Part shown: positions 25,095 to 34,265 of the stretch, one piece after another | Layout of the letters: the number at the start of each line of letters is the position of its first letter | How positions within the stretch are numbered: the first letter of the stretch is position 1 | Virus record (IMG/VR): IMGVR_UViG_3300044513_003981 | Location: 1-45,740 of that record | From: a virus | Lineage: Duplodnaviria; Caudoviricetes | Direction: 5' to 3' (one strand) | DNA length: 45,740 bases | The notes under the pieces: model-generated | Database searches by the model: none | What the model was told of the DNA's origin: nothing | What the model saw: only the letters and a program-made list of their open reading frames with translations | Made by a program: the position numbers and the translations under genes

Positions 25095-25378
25095 GAGTTA
25101 AAAAGATCGCCGCTTCTAGCGAGCCTAAATATAAAACGCCAAAATTTGACGATTATGAAACTGGAGTGCATGGAAATCAGATGTCTGTTCCAGTTGAATA
25201 TGAAGTAGAAGGAACGCTAGTTATAGACGTAGAGGAGCAGGGTTTTATTTATATCTCAAGAGACGCAAGGAATGGCGTTGAAGCAGACGGCCTTTTTAGA
25301 TCCAGTAAAATTCAGACAATAGAAGGCAATATCGTTGAAACTTGTAATAGTCGATATATTGTTGAAGAAATTTGTTGA
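25073..25378 (+). CDS. Hypothetical protein
   Basis: 101-aa ORF overlapping the upstream gene. Confidence 0.65.
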   Translation: MEKNRRVRVKKIAASSEPKYKTPKFDDYETGVHGNQMSVPVEYEVEGTLVIDVEEQGFIYISRDARNGVEADGLFRSSKIQTIEGNIVETCNSRYIVEEIC

Positions 25379-25413
25379 AAACAAGGTGTAGTTGTGTAAA
25401 TTAGTGAAAGCAT

Positions 25414-26394
25414 ATGAACAAAAGTTTATTTATCCAAAGAGACCATTTAAAACCATTTAGTTACCCGCAATGTGAAGAATTCACAGACGCGATAAATAAT
25501 TCATATTGGACTCATAAGGAGTGGAATTTCACAACAGATGTTCAGCAGTTCCATACGGAACTCGATGATTACCAGAGAGAGATAGTTAAGAAGTGTTTAT
25601 TGTTAATCTCTCAAATCGAGGTCAGTGTCAAAACTTTTTGGGGCAAGTTGCACGACCACTTACCCTTGCCTGAAATCAATATGGTAGGTTCTACTTTTGC
25701 AGAAAGCGAAGTAAGGCATGAAAGAGCTTACAGTCACTTATTGGAGACGATGGGGCTGAATGACGAGTTTGAAAAGATCTATGATATCCCAGCTATTATA
25801 GATAGACACAACTATCTTAAAAAGTATAAAGATTTTGCCAATGCTAGGATTGAGGCTAATTTCATCAAGTCTATTGTTTTGTTCTCTCTTTTTATCGAAA
25901 ACGTTTCGTTGTTTTCTCAGTTTTTTATTATCATGTCTTTCAACAAGCATCGAAAGATGCTAAAGGATATTAATAACGTTGTTGCTGCGACTTCAAAAGA
26001 AGAGGCAATTCATGGTCAATTCGGGACATTCCTAATTAACCAAATTAGAAATGAGCACCCTGAATTCTTCAATGATGAATTCAAAGACTTAATTGTAAAA
26101 TATTGTGAAAAAGCCTACAAAGCAGAAGAAAAAGTTTTAGATTGGATTTTCGATAATGGAGACACTGATTTTATTAAAAAAGATCAAGTAAAAGAATTTG
26201 TAAAAGATCGTTTAAATCAATCATTAGTTGGAATACAATTAGACCCAATCTTTGAAGTAGATAAAGAAGAGATTTTAAAAACTGATTGGTTTAACGAAGA
26301 ACTTTATAGTGATACCCATGTTGACTTTTTCGACCAAAGGCCAACTGCTTATAGCAGAAAAAATAAATCAATAACAGCAGACGACTTATTTTAG
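25414..26394 (+). CDS. nrdB: Ribonucleotide reductase class Ia beta subunit
   Basis: SQIEVSV, ESEVRHERAY (radical Tyr), IENVSLFSQF, EEAIHG and DFFDQRPTAY. Confidence 0.95.
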   Translation: MNKSLFIQRDHLKPFSYPQCEEFTDAINNSYWTHKEWNFTTDVQQFHTELDDYQREIVKKCLLLISQIEVSVKTFWGKLHDHLPLPEINMVGSTFAESEVRHERAYSHLLETMGLNDEFEKIYDIPAIIDRHNYLKKYKDFANARIEANFIKSIVLFSLFIENVSLFSQFFIIMSFNKHRKMLKDINNVVAATSKEEAIHGQFGTFLINQIRNEHPEFFNDEFKDLIVKYCEKAYKAEEKVLDWIFDNGDTDFIKKDQVKEFVKDRLNQSLVGIQLDPIFEVDKEEILKTDWFNEELYSDTHVDFFDQRPTAYSRKNKSITADDLF

Positions 26395-26396
26395 TC

Positions 26397-26990
26397 ATGA
26401 ACATTATACAAATAGGTTGCTCCGATGGGGATGATCATGTCTTTGAATTCCTAAATGAAACAGAAGAAAAGTGCTCCGTTATTTTAATAGATGCTTATAA
26501 ACCTGCTCTTCTTTTAGCAGAGGAAAGATATAAAAAATGTGATAATCATGATTTCGTCTTTTTAAACTTGGCGGTAGTGGACTCTCAAGAGTCTGAGGTT
26601 TTATTCTTCTCTCCAGATTGTGATAAAATACATGGCTGCAATTCTTTATCTGAGGATTTTTTAATTATGCACGGTCATCGTCGAGAAAATTTAAAGAGTG
26701 AGAAAGTGAAGTCGAAAAACATAAATGACATTTTGAAGGATAGTAAAATGAGCAAAATTGACAAACTGTTCATCGATGCAGAAGGGTTAGATTGTTCCTT
26801 AATTTCTGCAATTAATTTCTCGTCATTCAACATCGAAAGTATAGTGTTTGAGTTCGCGCACTCGGAAGGTGCAAGGTCCGGTGTGAATACAAAAACCTTT
26901 CAAAAAATGCAAAAAATCTTAAATGAAGAAGGGTTTGCTTTAAGTAAGCACAGTTCAGACGATTGGAATTTAGAGGCGAAAAGAGTTTAA
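26397..26990 (+). CDS. FkbM-family methyltransferase
   Basis: IIQIGCSDG, LNLAV, IDKLFIDAEGLD and IVFE. Confidence 0.8.
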   Translation: MNIIQIGCSDGDDHVFEFLNETEEKCSVILIDAYKPALLLAEERYKKCDNHDFVFLNLAVVDSQESEVLFFSPDCDKIHGCNSLSEDFLIMHGHRRENLKSEKVKSKNINDILKDSKMSKIDKLFIDAEGLDCSLISAINFSSFNIESIVFEFAHSEGARSGVNTKTFQKMQKILNEEGFALSKHSSDDWNLEAKRV

Positions 26991-27014
26991 GTTATAGTTT
27001 TATACATTAATAGT

Positions 27015-28664
27015 ATGTCAGATAAATATAAATGGTTAAATAAAAAATCCAAAATCTTTTTGGAAAACGGATACCTTCAAAAAGGAGAAGATCCAATATC
27101 TAGAATTAATGGATTAGCAGAGGCGGCTAACAAATTCTTAAAGAAGGAAGGATATGTAGAAAAGTTTTTAGATTATGTAGAACAAGGATTTTTCTTGTTC
27201 TCATCTCCAGAATGGGCTAATTTTGGGACAGAAAGAGGTCTACCGATTGCCTGTTTTGGAAGTCATACAGAAGATAGTATGTCTAGTATTTTGGATACTA
27301 CAGCAGAAATCGGAATGATGACAAAAATGGGTGGCGGAACCTCTGCTTACTTCGGAGACGTTCGACATCGAGGAGCGCCGATTTCAACAGGAGGATTGTC
27401 AGATGGATCTGTTTCCTTTATGAAAATCTTTGACACTCTAGTGGACACCTGCAAACAGAGTTCAGTTAGACGAGGTGCGATGGCTTGCTATCTCCCGATT
27501 GATCATGGCGACATCAAAGAATTCTTAAAGATCAAGCAAGAAGGTCATCCAATTCAGCATTTATTTACTGGTGTTTCTGTTGATAACGATTGGATGGAAT
27601 CAATGATCAAAGGAGATCAAGAAAAAAGAGAAACTTGGGCTTCTGTTATTAAGTCAAGATCTGAGACAGGGTTGCCTTATATTTTATTTAGAGGCAACGC
27701 AAACGACCAAGCCCCTAAAGTTTACAAGGAAAAAGGATTGAAGATTAATGCCAGTAATCTTTGTAATGAAATAATGCTTCACTCTTCTCCAGAGGAGTCC
27801 TTCGTTTGCTGCTTGGCTTCTATGAATCTTTTGCATTATGATAAATGGAAAGACACGGATGCTGTAGAGGTTCTCTGTTATTTCTTAGATGCCGTTCTAT
27901 CTGAATTTATTGAAAAGGCGAAAGGAATAAAGCATCTAGAAAGGTCTGTTCGATTTGCAGAAAATCAAAGAGCAATTGGACTAGGCGCGACAGGGTATCA
28001 TTCATTACTTCAAAGTAAAATGATTGCTTTTGAATCTCTTGAGGCTCAAATGCTTAATACAGAAATCTTCAAGACGATCCACGAACAAAGCCTAGAGGCT
28101 TCCAAGAAGGCAGCTAAGGAATATGGCGAACCTCCTCTTCTAAAAGGATACGGGGAAAGATGGACGACAAGAATGGCAGTCGCTCCTAATACGTCATCTG
28201 CTTTTATCTTGGGCCAAGTAAGTCAATCAATTGAACCTTATAAATCTAATTACTATGTAAAGGATCTTGCTAAGTTTAAAGCGACCATCAAGAACGAGTT
28301 TCTTGAAAAGCTTCTTGAAGAAAAAGGCCTGAATACTAAGGAGACTTGGGATTCAATCCTAAGAAACAATGGCTCTGTTCAACATCTCAAAGATTTGACA
28401 GATGAAGAAAAAGGCGTGTTTAGGACTTTCGCTGAGATTTCTCAGAAAGAGATCATTACGCAAGCTGCTCAAAGGCAAAAATACATTGATCAGGGGCAAA
28501 GTCTAAATATTACTATTCCTCCAGAAACCTCCGCTAAAGAGATTAATCAGTTATTGATCTATGCTTGGGAGTCTGGAATTAAAGGATTGTATTACCAACA
28601 CTCCACCAACGCAGCGCAAGCTTTCTATAGAAAATTAAATGATTGCAAGAGTTGTGAAGGATAA
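27015..28664 (+). CDS. nrdA: Ribonucleotide reductase class Ia alpha subunit, short form with no ATP-cone
   Basis: GLPIACF, GGGTS, RRGAMACY, SNLCNEI (thiyl Cys), VCCLAS, APNTSS, IDQGQSLN, KGLYY and C-terminal CKSCEG. Confidence 0.95.
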   Translation: MSDKYKWLNKKSKIFLENGYLQKGEDPISRINGLAEAANKFLKKEGYVEKFLDYVEQGFFLFSSPEWANFGTERGLPIACFGSHTEDSMSSILDTTAEIGMMTKMGGGTSAYFGDVRHRGAPISTGGLSDGSVSFMKIFDTLVDTCKQSSVRRGAMACYLPIDHGDIKEFLKIKQEGHPIQHLFTGVSVDNDWMESMIKGDQEKRETWASVIKSRSETGLPYILFRGNANDQAPKVYKEKGLKINASNLCNEIMLHSSPEESFVCCLASMNLLHYDKWKDTDAVEVLCYFLDAVLSEFIEKAKGIKHLERSVRFAENQRAIGLGATGYHSLLQSKMIAFESLEAQMLNTEIFKTIHEQSLEASKKAAKEYGEPPLLKGYGERWTTRMAVAPNTSSAFILGQVSQSIEPYKSNYYVKDLAKFKATIKNEFLEKLLEEKGLNTKETWDSILRNNGSVQHLKDLTDEEKGVFRTFAEISQKEIITQAAQRQKYIDQGQSLNITIPPETSAKEINQLLIYAWESGIKGLYYQHSTNAAQAFYRKLNDCKSCEG

Positions 28665-28666
28665 AA

Positions 28667-29059
28667 ATGATTGAAAAAATACAAGCAGCATTAGAGGGAT
28701 CGAAGTTCTTTTACCTATACCTAGCAATTTGGGCGTGGGTTCATTTTAGATTTCAAAAGAACTTTTGGGTTCCAGAAAAAACAGGGAAAACGGTTTTTAG
28801 CAAATACGGAGATATAGAAGAAAGGAGAACGGGAGAAAAAGTTTATTACATTAAAGCTATCCAGTTCTTCATCTTCTCCTTCTTGACGGTGTTCGGATTG
28901 AATATTGTCGATTCTTTTACCGTTGCTGCCGCTGCGTATGTTGGCTTTTTGTTCTACTTTTTCAGACCTCTACAAACTTATCATTGGTTAAATGGCTTGT
29001 TGGTTTTAGGAATGGTTGTAGAAAGAATGCTACACCATACAGGTAATCCAATTTTTTAG
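28667..29059 (+). CDS. Membrane protein (3-4 hydrophobic segments)
   Basis: Hydrophobic stretches FFYLYLAIWAWV, FFIFSFLTVFGL, AAAAYVGFLFYFF and WLNGLLVLGMVV. Confidence 0.65.
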   Translation: MIEKIQAALEGSKFFYLYLAIWAWVHFRFQKNFWVPEKTGKTVFSKYGDIEERRTGEKVYYIKAIQFFIFSFLTVFGLNIVDSFTVAAAAYVGFLFYFFRPLQTYHWLNGLLVLGMVVERMLHHTGNPIF

Positions 29060-29060
29060 A

Positions 29061-29426
29061 TTACCAAGCCGATACGGCGACTCGACCCCAAGCATTATCC
29101 CCTGTGCAAAGGTAAAGATAGCCTGTATCAAACGCTATATCACCGCTGTTTCCTACTGAATTAAAAGCGATAGGAGCCGTCCTATTGGAGTTTCCCAAAT
29201 TCAAGTTGGTAATAAAAGAATTACCAGAAAGGTAAACATTTTCATTTTCTACAAACAGAGAACCCCCATCATTAACTTGGAGCGACCCCGTTATATTGAA
29301 GTCTCCAGTTAAATATTCAGACAAATGACAATCAAAATGATCCACTTGCTCTTCGAAAATCAAGTTCCCGCTAGGCGTATTTAAAGCATATGGGTCATAT
29401 TGTCTAGGATTTAGTTTGTTTTTCAT
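29061..29426 (-). CDS. Small virion/fibre-like protein, S/T-G rich
   Basis: The C-terminal GDIAFDTGYLYLCTGDNAWGRVAVSAW motif is typical of phage fibre modules; lone minus-strand gene in a plus-strand block. Confidence 0.65.
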   Translation of the reverse strand: MKNKLNPRQYDPYALNTPSGNLIFEEQVDHFDCHLSEYLTGDFNITGSLQVNDGGSLFVENENVYLSGNSFITNLNLGNSNRTAPIAFNSVGNSGDIAFDTGYLYLCTGDNAWGRVAVSAW

Positions 29427-29460
29427 AGATTCCGCCCTATAATAATGGAAATTAGTTACT

Positions 29461-30045
29461 ATGAATTACACTATTTTCAAACCAGCGAAGAGTGGAAAGG
29501 GAGGAATTTTAAAATTCAAAACCTCTCTAAAGAAAAATGACAAGAAAGATGTGTGGGAAGAGCTTCTGTTTGCAGAACTTGTTCCACAGAAAACTTGGAA
29601 CGGATCTGCAAATTCGACATACGACCCAGCGAATAAAAAGGTCGTAAAACTAAGTGTTACTGAGGCTGGCGAGATCCTTCACACTCTTAAAACTAACATT
29701 CCTTTCCAAACTTACCACAAAAACGGTGAAGGTGGAGTTTGGATTAAATTCGCTTATTATGTCACTAAAAGAACGTTTGGGAGAGAAGGAGACAAAGGTT
29801 ATCAAGTAAACGAGGTGGATAACTATGCACTTGGTATCGCAGGAGCGACCGTTTCTATCTCTAGCGGAGAAGCGGAAGCTCTTAAAGTATATTTGGAAAA
29901 ATATATTGTATCCGCAGTTTCTCTTGCAGGAAAAGAAGAAGATAAAAAGTTCAAGAAAAAGGCTCAAAACAAATCAGAGCCAAAACCAGAAGCTCCTAAA
30001 GAAGAGTCAGAAACTGAAGAAGACGAAGATTCAATTCCATTTTAA
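29461..30045 (+). CDS. Whirly-like ssDNA-binding protein with acidic SSB-type tail
   Basis: TYDPANKKVVKLSVTEAGEIL, FQTYH and VSISSGEAEAL motifs; ends EEDEDSIPF. Confidence 0.6.
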   Translation: MNYTIFKPAKSGKGGILKFKTSLKKNDKKDVWEELLFAELVPQKTWNGSANSTYDPANKKVVKLSVTEAGEILHTLKTNIPFQTYHKNGEGGVWIKFAYYVTKRTFGREGDKGYQVNEVDNYALGIAGATVSISSGEAEALKVYLEKYIVSAVSLAGKEEDKKFKKKAQNKSEPKPEAPKEESETEEDEDSIPF

Positions 30046-30115
30046 GGTTAAATCGAAGGCGAGCCAAAGAAGCGCGTTCACAAAACTCTCAATACACTAA
30101 GAAGCTATACTTAAA

Positions 30116-32008
30116 ATGTCTGAAAAGATTAAAGTATTATTTATCTCTAATACGTCCAAGGCGTTAACTGGATTTGGTAAAAACCAGAAAAATGTTCTTA
30201 GACTTTTATCTCAAGATGAAAGATTCGAGGTTATTGAGGGCGCTAACGGCGTTCCTTTTTCTTCTGATTTAAAAACCCCGTGGAAAAGCTACGGAACTTT
30301 CCCTGTAGAAGGGAAGGTAATTCAAGAGATTGAAAACGATCCCCATAAAAAAAGACTTGCCAGTTACGGCAATTACACTATTGACAAAATTATAGAGAAA
30401 GAAAGGCCTGATATTATAGTTGGAGTAGAAGATATTTGGGCGTTCAATTGGGTTAAGAAGAAATGGTTTGATAAAATTAATACAGTCATTTGGACTACCT
30501 TGGATAGTCTTCCTATTTTAGATCAAGCAGAACATTTAGCACCAAAGGTGGATAAGTTTTTAGTTTGGGCTTCTTTCGCAGAAGAAGCTATGAAGAAAAA
30601 AGGCTATGATGTAGAGACTCTTCATGGCGCTGTAGATTATTCTAGTTTTTATAGACTCCCTGACGAGAAAAGAGAAGAACTAAGAAAAAATCACGGCTTA
30701 AAAGATTCATTTGTTACAGGATTCGTTTTTAAAAACCAATTAAGGAAATCTGTTCCAAATCTTTTAGAAGGATTCAGGTTGTTTCAAAACAGTAGAAAAA
30801 AACAAAATCCGACAAAGCTTTTACTTCATACCGATTGGCCTAAAACAGATAACTCTTGGGATATAGAGAAATACATAAAAGAGAAAGGGCTAGATAGGAA
30901 TGACATTCTAGCTACATACATTTGCAGATCTTGTAGGGACTATTCCATCTTACCTTACAAGGGCGAAGAAATTAAATGTAATCATTGCGGCCATGAGAAG
31001 GGCTTTGTGACTAAAAGTAATTTATTCGGGCTAACAGAAGAGCAGTTAAACGAAGTTTATAATATAATGGATGTCTACTGCCATCCATTCACAAGCGGAG
31101 GTCAAGAGTTACCTATTCAAGAGGCGAAGGCGGCAGGTCTTATCACTTTAGTTACAGAATATTCTTGCGGAACAGACTCTTGTTATGAAGATAGAGGAGG
31201 ATTACCTTTAGAATGGGTTGAGTATAGAGAGCCGATGACTGATTTTATCAAGGCATCAACCCTGCCCTCTTCTATTTGCGAAAGACTTGCAGAGGTAGAT
31301 GACATGGCAGCTTCTGACAAAGAAATATTAGTAAAAAAAGGCAGAGCCTGTGTAGAAGAACACTTTTCTGTTGAAAAAACAGTTAGCAGATTAAAAGAAA
31401 TACTTTTAGGATTAGGAAAGACAGATTGGGACTTTAATTTTGAAGACGTAATACCAAACTACCAATACGAACCAGACTTAAACGAAGAAATTCCAGATCA
31501 AGAATGGTTGATTAGTCTTTATAAAAACATTTTTAATAAAAACTTAAAGACTATAGACGTAGAAATTCAAGACGGTTGCTCTCTTATAAAAGAGAATGGA
31601 AGAAAAAAGGTATACGAATTTTTGCAAAAAACTGCTTTACAAAAAGCTCAGGAAATTAAAAATAAAAAAAGGTTATTAGAAGACTACTTCACATCAAAAA
31701 ACGAGAAAAGAATAGCTGTAATTATGCCAGAAAGTGCAGGAGACGTGCTTATGGTGAATTCTTTAATTTCTAATTTAAAAAACAAATACGAAGATTACAA
31801 AATATACTTCGTGACTAAAACTCAATTTTTTCCACTAATCAACTCTCATCCTGATATTGAAAATTTAATACCTTATGAATCTGGGATGGACAACCTTCTG
31901 ATTTGGGAAGGGCAAGGCTCATGGGAAGGTTATGTAGATATCGCCTTCCTTCCTTTCATAGGATCACAGAGACACTTAAACTATATGCACAACTCTCTTG
32001 ACAAATAA
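30116..32008 (+). CDS. GT4 glycosyltransferase with a Zn-finger insertion, fused to the N-terminal half of a GT9
   Basis: LTGFGK, KNQLRKS and YNIMDVYCHPFTSGGQELPIQEAKAAG; CRSC...CNHC; C-terminal RIAVIMPESAGDVLMVNSLI...IYFVTK...SHPDIENLIPY. Confidence 0.8.
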   Translation: MSEKIKVLFISNTSKALTGFGKNQKNVLRLLSQDERFEVIEGANGVPFSSDLKTPWKSYGTFPVEGKVIQEIENDPHKKRLASYGNYTIDKIIEKERPDIIVGVEDIWAFNWVKKKWFDKINTVIWTTLDSLPILDQAEHLAPKVDKFLVWASFAEEAMKKKGYDVETLHGAVDYSSFYRLPDEKREELRKNHGLKDSFVTGFVFKNQLRKSVPNLLEGFRLFQNSRKKQNPTKLLLHTDWPKTDNSWDIEKYIKEKGLDRNDILATYICRSCRDYSILPYKGEEIKCNHCGHEKGFVTKSNLFGLTEEQLNEVYNIMDVYCHPFTSGGQELPIQEAKAAGLITLVTEYSCGTDSCYEDRGGLPLEWVEYREPMTDFIKASTLPSSICERLAEVDDMAASDKEILVKKGRACVEEHFSVEKTVSRLKEILLGLGKTDWDFNFEDVIPNYQYEPDLNEEIPDQEWLISLYKNIFNKNLKTIDVEIQDGCSLIKENGRKKVYEFLQKTALQKAQEIKNKKRLLEDYFTSKNEKRIAVIMPESAGDVLMVNSLISNLKNKYEDYKIYFVTKTQFFPLINSHPDIENLIPYESGMDNLLIWEGQGSWEGYVDIAFLPFIGSQRHLNYMHNSLDK

Positions 32009-33148
32009 ATGCACCTCATTGATTTATACTCTCGCGACTTAAATGTAGATATTGGAAAACCAATCCTATCTCCTCATTTTTACCCTTTGACGGATGAAAA
32101 TTACGTGACTATACACACTAGCGATAAAGTCCCTGCAAAGAACTATAGTTATTGGGCGGAAGTCGTATCTATTTTGAGGCCCGAATTAGATAAGAGGGGT
32201 ATTGCTTTAATTCAAGTTGGAACAAAAGAGGACCCGCAGATAACAGGTGTCCACAAATTTATTAACAATACTACTTTTAATCAACTTTTTCACATTTTAA
32301 AAGGTTCAAAATGCCATGTGGGAATTGATTCTTGCCCTGTTCATTTGTGTTCTCATTTCGATGTTCCAACCGTTTCTATTTACGCTCACTCCTACGCAAA
32401 GACTTGCGATCCAATTTGGAATAAAGATAAAGCTATCGTTATAGAATCAGATAGAGGAGGAGATAAACCTTCCTTTTCTTACAGCGAAGACCCAAAAAAG
32501 ATTGATATTTTAAAACCAGAACAAATCGCCAACGCGGTTTTTAAACAATTAGGTTTTAAAACATACAATTCAATTGAAACCACTTATGTTGGGAAAAAAT
32601 TCTTGCATAAAACGGTTGATATCATTCCCACTGAAATGCCAAAGGTTGAAACGCCGTCTGGTTGTGATATAGTTATTAGAATGGATTTATGCTTCAATGA
32701 GAATATTTGTTTGAGCATTTTAAATAAATCTAATGACCGAGTTAAACTAAAAACAGATCGGCCTTTTTCAGATCATTTTCTAAATTTAACTAAAAGCAAA
32801 ATCTCAGAAATAGAATACAGTTCAAACGAATTCGAAGAAGAAGATTTAAATAAAATCAGATCTTTAGGAATAAATCTTAAACTGAAATGCACCGACAAAT
32901 CAAAGTTAAAAGATCAAAGGCTTAAGTTCTTCGACTACGAAATAGAAGAAGATAAATCGCTAGAAGAGGCAAAGTCTCTTAAAGAAGAGTTTGAAGGAGC
33001 ATTCGAAAAAGACAAGTTGAGGGCTTTTTCTGGAAAGTATTATATAAATGGAGATAAGATTTCCTCTTTTATTGGAGGATCTAAAGATGATATAAATTTT
33101 TGGATTGACGTTCCATACTTTTTTTGTTACACTGAGGTAAGCAAATGA
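32009..33148 (+). CDS. GT9 (heptosyltransferase-like) C-terminal half plus an unknown C-terminal domain
   Basis: MHLIDLY, YVTIHT..PAKNY..W, IQVG, TTFNQL and HVGIDSCPVHLCSHFDVPTVSIY. Confidence 0.75.
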   Translation: MHLIDLYSRDLNVDIGKPILSPHFYPLTDENYVTIHTSDKVPAKNYSYWAEVVSILRPELDKRGIALIQVGTKEDPQITGVHKFINNTTFNQLFHILKGSKCHVGIDSCPVHLCSHFDVPTVSIYAHSYAKTCDPIWNKDKAIVIESDRGGDKPSFSYSEDPKKIDILKPEQIANAVFKQLGFKTYNSIETTYVGKKFLHKTVDIIPTEMPKVETPSGCDIVIRMDLCFNENICLSILNKSNDRVKLKTDRPFSDHFLNLTKSKISEIEYSSNEFEEEDLNKIRSLGINLKLKCTDKSKLKDQRLKFFDYEIEEDKSLEEAKSLKEEFEGAFEKDKLRAFSGKYYINGDKISSFIGGSKDDINFWIDVPYFFCYTEVSK

Positions 33149-33348
33149 CATACGAAGAACAAATACAACTAATTAAAGCTGCAAAAGATGGATGCTGCAT
33201 TTGCGCTAGAAGAAAGGAAGGCTCAGATGAGGGTTGGGCATACCACGATACAAGAACTCGACAAAGGGACTTATATTATTCGAATAAAGATGTTCAATTT
33301 AACTTCGCAGAATACGAATACAGGATTTCAACAAAGGAGTGGAAATGA
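33145..33348 (+). CDS. Hypothetical protein
   Basis: 67 aa, with ATGA overlaps at both ends. Confidence 0.65.
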   Translation: MTYEEQIQLIKAAKDGCCICARRKEGSDEGWAYHDTRTRQRDLYYSNKDVQFNFAEYEYRISTKEWK

Positions 33349-34229
33349 GTAAAATTTATTTAGTTGGAATGACATCCAATCAGCTTGATAATGTCAAAGA
33401 GTTGACAGACCCTATTTGGCAAATAGTTGACGGTCTAATTTTTGTTGATCACGAATCTACAGATGGGACTAGAGAGCTTTTGGAAGAAAGAAAGGGTTCA
33501 GGTAGAATTTTGGACGAAAAGTGGGTTAATTCCCACGACTACAGCATGAACCATATTCTATTAAAAGGTGGACTTCAAAGTGGCGATTGGTGTTTCTTTA
33601 GGGATAGCCTAGAAAGGTTTAATGTAGAATTCGCAAAAAACATAAGAAGTCTTACAAATCTTTGGGAGATGAATGGCGTTAGAACTGTTTTTAATTATGG
33701 AAAGATTTTCGCTTTTAAATATAATGACAGCATGTTTTTCAAAGGAAGCCCTCATTTTGGATTAGAGGGCCAAGAAGGCAAGGCTATCGATCTAAAACAC
33801 AATTATAGTCAAGACCTTAAAGAACACACTTGGAGACTTAAAGACGGAGAAGAAGGGGGCAGACCTATCGATAACAAGATTAACCACGAAGCTCGCTACG
33901 CTTGGGTATACGGAAGATCAAACCACCTTCTCTTAGGACTTGAGGACAAGCTCCAAGAATTCCAAAGGTCCGAAATTATCAGAAAGCACATTCGGGAAGT
34001 AGCTCAAATGAATGACTTCAATTTAGACATAGAGGGATTAAAAGAATTTATGGTTTGGCTTGAAGAGAGAGATGTCAAAGCATTCCATTCTTGGATTAAT
34101 TCTCACAGAGTTTGGAAGAACTTTTATCGCTTTCATATTCTTAAACATGAATTCCAAGAAATCGAAAGACTAGAAAACGAATGGTCATACGGAAAGACTT
34201 TAACAACTTCTGGAGATTTTAAAAAATAG
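33345..34229 (+). CDS. GT2-like glycosyltransferase (start probably 33345)
   Basis: VDGLIFVDHESTDGTRELL, GDWCFFRDSLE and FKGSPHFGL. Confidence 0.7.
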   Translation: MSKIYLVGMTSNQLDNVKELTDPIWQIVDGLIFVDHESTDGTRELLEERKGSGRILDEKWVNSHDYSMNHILLKGGLQSGDWCFFRDSLERFNVEFAKNIRSLTNLWEMNGVRTVFNYGKIFAFKYNDSMFFKGSPHFGLEGQEGKAIDLKHNYSQDLKEHTWRLKDGEEGGRPIDNKINHEARYAWVYGRSNHLLLGLEDKLQEFQRSEIIRKHIREVAQMNDFNLDIEGLKEFMVWLEERDVKAFHSWINSHRVWKNFYRFHILKHEFQEIERLENEWSYGKTLTTSGDFKK

Positions 34230-34265
34230 ACAGGCTAAGAGAACACAAAAGATTAATATAAGATA

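Noticed and set aside
28667-29059. Holin call for the membrane protein
   Set aside because: No endolysin nearby, and it lies in a nucleotide-metabolism operon; only hydrophobicity supports the call.
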